44,024 nt of DNA from a virus (lineage: Duplodnaviria; Caudoviricetes), in the IMG/VR virus record IMGVR_UViG_3300005805_000152, positions 1 through 44,024 of that record; one strand, written 5' to 3'. Positions 36,931 through 44,024 of this stretch are shown one piece after another. The notes below the pieces were generated by a model. The model was not told where the DNA came from. It saw nothing but the letters and a program-made list of their open reading frames with translations, and ran no database searches. A program made the translations under genes and the position numbers. Numbering within the stretch: position 1 is the first letter of the stretch; every line of letters starts with the position of its first letter.

Positions 36931-37767
36931 ATGTCAAAGCAAGGTATATCTACAGGAACAGCACCAAATGATGGGAGTGGAGATAGTCTCCTTGCTGGTG
37001 CAATAAAAATCAATAACAATTTTGATGAAATTTATTCAACATTTGGTGATGGATCGTCATTATCCTATCCAAATTATGTTGAAAATTCTGGAGTAAGCAC
37101 ATATTCTACATCGGCAGGAATATCATCACTATCCGATCTCGCAACATTAGCAGATACAGCTACTGTTGCTGAAGGACTGACAGGTAATCCAAATATTCAA
37201 GTTAGTGATCTCTTTGCAAACTATGTAACAGCAATATCATTTACTGGAGATGGATCCAATCTTACTGGAGTCGGAGCATCAGTTACAATATATGATGATC
37301 AGAATTTAATAGGATCTGTTGCCAATATTGATTTCAATGGAAATCTTTATGTATCAGAAGCATCTTCTGGAATTGTAACGGTAACTGTTCCAGGATTTGG
37401 CAGATCCGAATTCACAACACCAACAGGTGTTTTGGGAATTGGTCAAACTCTAAGTTTTTCTTTCAATGCTTTTAAATCTTATGCATTCTTAAAAGCGGAA
37501 TCTTCTGCACCTTGTAGAGTTATTGTTTACACAGATCCATCTTCACAAATATTAGACGAAGGAAGACCATCAAATGTTTCTCCAACACCAAATAGTGGTA
37601 TTGTTACTGATCTTGTAGGAATTTCAACAGCAACTTACTTATTACCACCACCAATAGGATACAATGCGGAAGACCCATTAATTGATTGGTGTTATGTTAC
37701 TTTAGAAAATCTTTCAGGAGTAAGTACTGATATTACATTAAAATTAACCTTTTTACAGATGGAATAA
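36931..37767 (+). CDS. fibre-like protein with gp9/gp10-type N-terminal motif
   Basis: KQGI.TGT.PNDG.GDSL..GA.KIN.NF.EIY; F.GDGS.LTG fibre motif. Confidence 0.8.
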   Translation: MSKQGISTGTAPNDGSGDSLLAGAIKINNNFDEIYSTFGDGSSLSYPNYVENSGVSTYSTSAGISSLSDLATLADTATVAEGLTGNPNIQVSDLFANYVTAISFTGDGSNLTGVGASVTIYDDQNLIGSVANIDFNGNLYVSEASSGIVTVTVPGFGRSEFTTPTGVLGIGQTLSFSFNAFKSYAFLKAESSAPCRVIVYTDPSSQILDEGRPSNVSPTPNSGIVTDLVGISTATYLLPPPIGYNAEDPLIDWCYVTLENLSGVSTDITLKLTFLQME

Positions 37768-38429
37768 TGAAAACCGTACCTGGATCTGGAGCAGTATTGG
37801 ATGCAGAATTTGATGCAAATTATGGTGTTTCTTTCTTTAATGTAATTAATGGTGGATCTGGATATGCATCAACAAACCCACCAAATATTATAATTCAAAA
37901 TACATATGGACCAACTGTTGCTGGTTCTTTTTATCCAATTATAGCAAATGGTGAAATCAAAAGTGTTATAGTTGTAACTCCAGGGTCTGGATATTTTCCT
38001 ATAGGATTAGGTCAAACTAGCGTTGGAATAGCATCTGTTGGATCAGCACAAAATGCAGTTCTATCTGTTTTTGTATCTAATCCAGGTTTTGGATATACAA
38101 TCGCACCAACAGTTTCAATTAGCCCACCACCAATCATTACTGGAATAGGGACATATCAGTTTAATGAAGTTGTGGTTGGATCTAGATCAGGTACTAAAGG
38201 TAGAGTTAAATCTTGGGATAAAGATACTAAAAAACTTAAAGTTTCTATAGTTGATGGTGAATTTTTACCAGGAGAAGTAATAACAGGAACTATTTCATCC
38301 GCAATTTATTCCGTTAATACTTATGACAATAGAGATTTATATGATAAATATAGTCAAAATGTTGAGATAGAAATAGAAGCAGATTCTATTATCGATTTTT
38401 CAGAAACTAATCCATTTGGTACTTATTAA
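37767..38429 (+). CDS. protein carrying the C-terminal half of gp14
   Basis: NPGFGYT.APTV.I, G..SG..G.VKSWD, ends QN.EIE.EADSIIDFSETNPFGTY, the usual cyanophage gp14 C-terminus; coupled to gp15. Confidence 0.75.
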   Translation: MKTVPGSGAVLDAEFDANYGVSFFNVINGGSGYASTNPPNIIIQNTYGPTVAGSFYPIIANGEIKSVIVVTPGSGYFPIGLGQTSVGIASVGSAQNAVLSVFVSNPGFGYTIAPTVSISPPPIITGIGTYQFNEVVVGSRSGTKGRVKSWDKDTKKLKVSIVDGEFLPGEVITGTISSAIYSVNTYDNRDLYDKYSQNVEIEIEADSIIDFSETNPFGTY

Positions 38430-39226
38430 TGTTAGGAACTTATTATTATCACGAGATTATTAGAAAAACAGTTATTTCTTTCGGAACACTGTTTAATAAT
38501 ATTTACGTTAAACACAAAGACAGGGATGGAAATATTATTAGTGAACTAAAAGTTCCTCTCGCATATGGACCAACTCAAAAGTTTTTGGCAAGAATTGAGC
38601 AACAAGGAGAATTAAATAAACCAGTTCAAATTACATTACCTAGAATGTCTTTTGAAATGGTTTCTATTCAATATGACCCTAGTAGAAAAGTTGGAGCAAC
38701 ACAATCATTTAAAGCTTCAGATGGATCTAATTTGAAAAAAGTTTATATGCCTGTTCCATATAATATTGGATTTGAATTAAGTATACTAACAAAAATTCAA
38801 GATGATTCTTTACAGATTGTAGAGCAAATTCTTCCAAACTTTCAACCAGGATTTAATCTAACTGTAGATCTGGTTGATTCTATTGGTGAAAAAAGAGATA
38901 TTCCAATGGTTTTGGATAGTATTAATTTTACTGATGATTATGAAGGTGACTTCTCAACAAGAAGGGCTTTAATTTATACGTTGAGATTTACTGCTAAGAC
39001 ATATCTGTTTGGACCTGTTGCAGATTCTACAGATGGTCTCATTCGCAAGGTTCAGGTTGATCTTTATTCTGGTACTGATACATCAGTCGCTAAAAGAGAA
39101 ATGAGGTATACAGTCGTACCTGATCCAATTAATGCTGGACCAGATGATAACTTTGGATTCGATGAAGATTTTGAATATTTTAGTGATGCCAAGTCTTATA
39201 GTCCAACACAACAACAGGACATATGA
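38429..39226 (+). CDS. gp15: tail sheath stabilizer/completion protein gp15
   Basis: YYHEIIRK....FGTLFN, VPLAYGP.QKFLAR, LPRMSFE, QIVEQILP.FQP. Confidence 0.95.
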   Translation: MLGTYYYHEIIRKTVISFGTLFNNIYVKHKDRDGNIISELKVPLAYGPTQKFLARIEQQGELNKPVQITLPRMSFEMVSIQYDPSRKVGATQSFKASDGSNLKKVYMPVPYNIGFELSILTKIQDDSLQIVEQILPNFQPGFNLTVDLVDSIGEKRDIPMVLDSINFTDDYEGDFSTRRALIYTLRFTAKTYLFGPVADSTDGLIRKVQVDLYSGTDTSVAKREMRYTVVPDPINAGPDDNFGFDEDFEYFSDAKSYSPTQQQDI

Positions 39227-39236
39227 TTCTTAGATT

Positions 39237-39659
39237 ATGCAAAATTTTGATAAGATTAGCAAATCACTCAACCTAGAAACTGAAATAGTTGAGGTTGAAA
39301 AGGAAAATATTTCACTTGAAGTATCTAGTGAAAATATTAAGAGTGATATAACAAAAGATTATGAATATACAAGAGCAAATTTGTATTCATTGATTGAAAA
39401 AGGACAAGAAGCTATTAATGGGATTATGGAACTTGCGGGAGAAAGTGATTCTCCAAGAGCATATGAAGTTGCTGGTCAACTAATAAAAAGTGTTGCTGAT
39501 ACAACAGACAAACTTATAGACTTGCAGAAAAAACTTAAAGATGTTGAAGATACTAGTGTAAAAACTACAACTGTGACTAATAATAATGCTTTGTTTGTTG
39601 GATCAACATCAGAACTTTCAAAACTATTGAAGCAAGGTTTTCTAAATAATAAGGAGTAG
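39237..39659 (+). CDS. gp16: terminase small subunit gp16
   Basis: DYEYTR.NLY.LIEKG.EA, SPRAYEVAGQLIK, NNALFVGST.EL. Confidence 0.95.
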   Translation: MQNFDKISKSLNLETEIVEVEKENISLEVSSENIKSDITKDYEYTRANLYSLIEKGQEAINGIMELAGESDSPRAYEVAGQLIKSVADTTDKLIDLQKKLKDVEDTSVKTTTVTNNNALFVGSTSELSKLLKQGFLNNKE

Positions 39660-39671
39660 ATTACTTTTTCA

Positions 39672-41861
39672 ATGAGTTGGTCAGAAAAATATAAAAGATC
39701 AATTGATTGTGATAATCCGAAAGGATTTTCTCAGAAAGCTCATTGCCAAGGAAGGAAGAAAAAATTGAAAGAACAATTCAAGCCATTTAAAACTCCAGAA
39801 CAGATTGCAAAAAAGCATCGTTTAGAAGTTTCTTTTATTGAAAAGCAACTTCAAATGGGAGAACCTATTGAACATGAACATACTAAAAATCATAAATTGG
39901 CAAGAGAAATTGCTCTTCAACATTTAGATGAAATTCCAGATTATTACACTCGTTTAAAAAAAATGGAAGCGGATGCTAAAAAGCATCACAAAAAATTTAA
40001 AGATGTAAAAGAAGAAACTAAATCAGGAGATGAAGGTCTTCGTGATTGGTTTAGAAAATCTGAATCGTCTGATGGAAAAGCAGGATGGGTTCAGTTGGGT
40101 GGTAAGTGGGCTGGAAAACCTTGTGCTCGTCAACCAGGGCAAACTTCAACACCAAAATGTGGGAGTTCTAAAATGGCAGCAAATCTCTCTCCAGAAGAAG
40201 AGGAAAAGGCAAGAAGAAGAAAAAATCGTTTAGATCCAAATCAACCAGAAAAATCTGGCGGTGCAAAACCAACTAATGTTAGAACAGAAGAAATGGATTT
40301 ACAAGAAGTAAAAGACAAACCAGGAAAAGGCAGCGGTAAAAAGGATGCCTGTTATAAAAAAGTAAAATCAAGATATGATGTTTGGCCAAGTGCATATGCT
40401 TCTGGAGCACTTGTTAAATGTCGTAAAGTTGGTGCTGCCAATTGGGGAACAAAATCTGAGGAATTAGAAATGATTAGATATTGCCCAAAATGCAAAAAGA
40501 ATGAAACTAAATCAGAATGTAGGTATGGTCCAAAATATTGGGAAATGTTTTCTATACCATCTGCATTGACTTCAAACCAGTTAAAGTATGATCCAAATAG
40601 ACCTCATCCAGCAAATGAGGAGAAGGATCATGAATATTCAATGGCACGTTCTGAACTTTCTACAATCATTTCTGCAGCAAAAAGACTTCGCAAAAAAGTA
40701 AAAGGTGAAGGAAATATTGAAGCTTGGGTTCAATCAAAAATTACTAAGGCAGCGGACTATATTGATACCGCTGCAGATTATTTGGAAAGCGGAGAGCATA
40801 AAGTAAATGAAGATTGTTGGGATGGATATAAACAAGTTGGAATGAAGAAGAAAGGGAAAAAAATGGTCCCAAATTGTGTTCCAGAATCAGTTTCAATTGA
40901 AGATGCAAATGGAAATCACTATGTAGATTTTATTGACATTATTAAACCAGAACCATTAAAAGCAAGTACTGGTTTAGGAAGCAAACTTCTTGGTGAGGGT
41001 CCTAGTTTTGAAATTGGTGGTAAAAAAACAACTGGTATGGGAGCAATGACTCCATCTGATGTTGAAAGATTAAAGCAAGGAAATCCTGGCGCATCAGGTA
41101 AGATAGATCAAAAATATCAGCAAATTAGAAAAGGTATTAATTTACCTCTTGCCAAAAAAGAAGATAAAAAAGAAACTCAAGTAGCGCATTATGAACCAGA
41201 AGGTGAACAAATTGATGAGGTTGTTGGAATGGTTGCTAGACTAGCAGCAAAAGGTATTTTAAAAGCCACAAAACCTGTTGGTAAAGCAATTCTTAGAGCC
41301 GCTGATGATCAGATTGCAAAATCCACTGCACAAACCGCAAAAAGAGTCGCTTCAAAACCAAAAGTCTCTGGAACTGCAAAAATTACTTACAAACCTTCAA
41401 AATCAACAGTTCAATATGGTGGGGGAAGTTCCACTAAACCATCTCAACCCAAATTGACCAGAAGTCAATCTCAGCAAGCATTAGATGATGATCCTTGGAC
41501 TAAAGGTGCTTTTAGTGCGGATGATAGAAGGAGAGTTGCTTTAGATCGTCGCTCTCTAAATAATCATTATGAGTATTCAAATTGGAGAGAGGAACTTTCT
41601 GAAGATTGGCAGAAAGTCAATCGTCAGGATAAAACTGATGGATTGAGTCAAGCAGCAGTAGATGCTTATCGTCGTGAGAATCCTGGTTCAAAACTTCAGA
41701 CTGCAGTAACTGAGAAGAAACCAACAGGAAAAAGAGCAAAGCGTCGTGCAAACTTCTGCCGTCGTATGAAAGGCATGAAGTCAAAACTGACTTCTGCAAA
41801 AACTGCAAGAGATCCTGATTCAAGAATTAACAAAGCACTACGTCGTTGGAACTGTAACTAA
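39672..41861 (+). CDS. 729-aa basic modular protein, probable processed internal head protein
   Basis: Concatenated short modules (EHEHT...IALQHLDE.PDYY; DACY.KVK.RY.VWPSAYASG; CWDGY...G.K....VPNCV; FC.RM.G...SRINKALRRW.C) separated by L/I/V-x-E; late-like CTAAATA at 39642. Confidence 0.75.
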   Translation: MSWSEKYKRSIDCDNPKGFSQKAHCQGRKKKLKEQFKPFKTPEQIAKKHRLEVSFIEKQLQMGEPIEHEHTKNHKLAREIALQHLDEIPDYYTRLKKMEADAKKHHKKFKDVKEETKSGDEGLRDWFRKSESSDGKAGWVQLGGKWAGKPCARQPGQTSTPKCGSSKMAANLSPEEEEKARRRKNRLDPNQPEKSGGAKPTNVRTEEMDLQEVKDKPGKGSGKKDACYKKVKSRYDVWPSAYASGALVKCRKVGAANWGTKSEELEMIRYCPKCKKNETKSECRYGPKYWEMFSIPSALTSNQLKYDPNRPHPANEEKDHEYSMARSELSTIISAAKRLRKKVKGEGNIEAWVQSKITKAADYIDTAADYLESGEHKVNEDCWDGYKQVGMKKKGKKMVPNCVPESVSIEDANGNHYVDFIDIIKPEPLKASTGLGSKLLGEGPSFEIGGKKTTGMGAMTPSDVERLKQGNPGASGKIDQKYQQIRKGINLPLAKKEDKKETQVAHYEPEGEQIDEVVGMVARLAAKGILKATKPVGKAILRAADDQIAKSTAQTAKRVASKPKVSGTAKITYKPSKSTVQYGGGSSTKPSQPKLTRSQSQQALDDDPWTKGAFSADDRRRVALDRRSLNNHYEYSNWREELSEDWQKVNRQDKTDGLSQAAVDAYRRENPGSKLQTAVTEKKPTGKRAKRRANFCRRMKGMKSKLTSAKTARDPDSRINKALRRWNCN

Positions 41862-41862
41862 A

Positions 41863-42171
41863 ATGAAATCCTTTCAACAGTTTATTTCAGAAAGTATTAC
41901 CATCAATGGTGATTTTAATGGCACTTTAAATGTGGGGTCTTCTCAACCAGAACAGGCACAAGAGTCCTTCTTTGCTGATGTTATGTGGGAGGGTAAACTC
42001 TACCGTCTAGAAGTAGAAGGCAAAATGCTTTCTAAGAACGAACTTGCAGAACAGATACAGGGAGAATATCCTGGTGCAATCGTTCATAATGTTTATCCTG
42101 GTGAGGTAAATACTTCTAGAATTAAAAAAGCACAAAGATATCAACCAGAAAGATTAAGTTGGAGTGATTAA
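41863..42171 (+). CDS. probable internal head protein with capsid-targeting N-terminus
   Basis: Starts MKSFQQFISE, resembling the T4 IP capsid-targeting sequence MKTYQEFIAE. Confidence 0.7.
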   Translation: MKSFQQFISESITINGDFNGTLNVGSSQPEQAQESFFADVMWEGKLYRLEVEGKMLSKNELAEQIQGEYPGAIVHNVYPGEVNTSRIKKAQRYQPERLSWSD

Positions 42172-43445
42172 TGGCTCAGTGGAATAAGAACACACAGGAT
42201 TTTCTAAACCAAGAAAGATCCTTATTTGAGGTTTATCAGATTGCTGATCACTGGGGTGAACAGACAGATTGGAGACCTCAGTTTTCTAATAACAATAGAC
42301 TAAAGACTGCACCTTTCCAAACAACATTTTTTAATACCTTCCAGTATGGTAAAGAGACTGATGTTTGGGATGAGAGAGTAGTTGGAGTTGGAACTGCAAC
42401 TTGGAACCAATATGCAAGTAATATAATTATGGAAGTTGGTTCCACCGCTGGCAGCAAGGTTACTAGACAAACCAAGCATGTGATGAGATACATTCCTGGA
42501 AGACCATCAACTCTTGCATTTGCAATTCGTCTAGAAACACCACAAGTAGGTATTCGCAGAAGATTTGGATTGTTCAATGATACTGATGGTGCTTATTTTG
42601 AGGATGATGGTGGTACATATTCTTGTGTAATTCGTAGCACTACATCTGGAATTACTACAGAAAGAAGAGTAACCAGAGATGATTGGAATGGTGAAAAGTT
42701 TGATGGTAATGGATGGACTGGTGTAACTGCAGATCCAACAAAACAACAGATGATTTCTATTTCATATGAATGGTATGGTGCGGGAACTGTAGATTTTAAT
42801 TGGTTAATGAAAGGTGAAACTATAAGAAGTCATAGATTTGATAACTCAAATACTCAAGATAGAGTTTGGTGTTCCACGCCATTCCTTCCTATTCGTCTTG
42901 AGATTGAGAATATAACTGGCGTTGCAGGAACTCATTATCTTTATCAAGGATCTAATTCACTTATTCAAGACGGTAATGCGGATAAACTTGGAACTCTTTT
43001 AAGTCAATCCAATGGCATTACTGGAACCACGATGTCAGTTGCAAACACATTTTATCCAATTGTAAGTTTGCGTCTTAAGTCAACTGCACTTCAAGCAGTG
43101 ATGTTATTGAGATCTCTACAAGCAGTAACGAATGATAATACGAATATCTACTGGAAACTTTTAGAGAATGCAACATTAACCAATCCAAACTGGACAAATC
43201 ATGCAGATCCAGATTCATTCGTTCAGTATGATACTTCTGCAACTGCGGTTTCTGGTGGTAGAGATATTCTTTCTGGATTTGTGGTTTCTGGTGGTTCTAC
43301 TTTGATTGAGATTGATAGACTTGCAGACTTGCAACTTGGAAGGTCTGGTATTGGAACAATCAGTGATACCTTTACTCTTGCTTGTGCATCTCCAAATACC
43401 AACAAATCAGCACTTGCAGTACTTAACTGGATTGAACAGAGGTAA
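42171..43445 (+). CDS. conserved beta-rich hypothetical (probable virion) protein
   Basis: 424-aa ORF coupled to upstream gene; RQT...RY.PG, YEWYGAG, TP.LPIR.EI motifs. Confidence 0.75.
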   Translation: MAQWNKNTQDFLNQERSLFEVYQIADHWGEQTDWRPQFSNNNRLKTAPFQTTFFNTFQYGKETDVWDERVVGVGTATWNQYASNIIMEVGSTAGSKVTRQTKHVMRYIPGRPSTLAFAIRLETPQVGIRRRFGLFNDTDGAYFEDDGGTYSCVIRSTTSGITTERRVTRDDWNGEKFDGNGWTGVTADPTKQQMISISYEWYGAGTVDFNWLMKGETIRSHRFDNSNTQDRVWCSTPFLPIRLEIENITGVAGTHYLYQGSNSLIQDGNADKLGTLLSQSNGITGTTMSVANTFYPIVSLRLKSTALQAVMLLRSLQAVTNDNTNIYWKLLENATLTNPNWTNHADPDSFVQYDTSATAVSGGRDILSGFVVSGGSTLIEIDRLADLQLGRSGIGTISDTFTLACASPNTNKSALAVLNWIEQR

Positions 43446-43465
43446 TTATTAATTGGAGGTTTATT

Positions 43466-44024
43466 ATGAGTGAAGTTTATCTGGGGAACCCAAACCTTAA
43501 GAAGGCAAATACTGCGATTGAATTTACAGAAGACCAAATTATCGAGTTCTTAAAGTGTAAAGAAGACCCTGTTTATTTTGCTAGAAACTATATTAAGATC
43601 GTGTCTCTTGATCACGGTCTTGTACCTTTTGAAATGTATCCATTTCAAGAGAAGTTAATTAGTAACTTCCATAAGAATCGTTTTAATATCTGTAAAATGC
43701 CCCGCCAGACAGGTAAGTCGACTACTTGTGTTTCATATTTGTTACATTATGCAGTATTCAACGACAACGTTAATATAGCTATTCTAGCAAATAAAGCGTC
43801 TACTGCCCAAGATTTGTTGGGAAGATTACAACTTGCTTATGAAAACTTGCCTAAGTGGATGCAGCAAGGTATTATATCATGGAATAAGAGATCACTAGAG
43901 CTAGAAAATGGATCCAAAATTTCAGCTAACTCTACTTCTTCATCTGCTGTCCGAGGCGGATCCTATAATGTCATCTTTCTTGACGAGTTCGCTTTCATCC
44001 CGAATCACATTGCTGATGACTTCT
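43466..44024 (+). CDS. gp17: terminase large subunit gp17 (5' part, runs off window)
   Basis: Not in track; GGAGG RBS at 43455; MSEVYLGNPNLKKAN...KCKEDPVYFA...MPRQTGKSTT (Walker A)...IFLDEFAF (Walker B). Confidence 0.96.
   Translation, partial: MSEVYLGNPNLKKANTAIEFTEDQIIEFLKCKEDPVYFARNYIKIVSLDHGLVPFEMYPFQEKLISNFHKNRFNICKMPRQTGKSTTCVSYLLHYAVFNDNVNIAILANKASTAQDLLGRLQLAYENLPKWMQQGIISWNKRSLELENGSKISANSTSSSAVRGGSYNVIFLDEFAFIPNHIADDF

Noticed and set aside
5913-43537. Short antisense or alternate-frame ORFs inside large structural genes
   Set aside because: Fully nested in well-supported genes and show the composition expected of antisense shadows.
1-44024. tRNA/rRNA genes, introns, inteins, diversity-generating retroelement
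   Set aside because: No cloverleaf or T-loop signatures noticed in the few intergenic gaps; gp17 and baseplate genes are uninterrupted as far as visible; no reverse transcriptase or TR/VR pair seen.

Overview
44 kb of a T4-like (Kyanoviridae-type) cyanomyovirus genome, almost entirely + strand, in two very different parts. (1) ~1-4915 is an accessory early-gene array of about 19 mostly tiny ORFs. At least 14 of them have their own sigma70-type promoter with a stereotyped -10/+1 block. Six promoter regions also carry a 24-bp imperfect palindrome (TGTGMCRSYT-N4-AACTGKCACA) ending 30-32 nt before the -10 start, often with a GC-rich stem-loop in between. GC rises across the array (hand counts 38-47% to 77%) and then collapses to ~28% at a structured non-coding junction (4915-5160). 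Inside the array, one palindrome drives two mirror-image divergent promoters: one for an orphan PvuII-like PD-(D/E)xK nuclease and one for a ~110-nt structured, probably non-coding RNA. That RNA converges on a DUF3574/SAM-lyase-like gene. (2) 5165-44024 is AT-rich core/late phage sequence: an AbrB-like regulator, GT-A glycosyltransferase, ATP-grasp-like protein, SpeD, baseplate gp25-gp6-giant gp7-gp8, a VrlC/DUF4815-like protein, an NblA-like protein, fibre genes, gp13, a gp14 split in two by an inserted fibre gene, gp15, gp16, probable internal head (poly)proteins and the start of gp17. All family assignments come from motif recognition by eye; no database searches were run.
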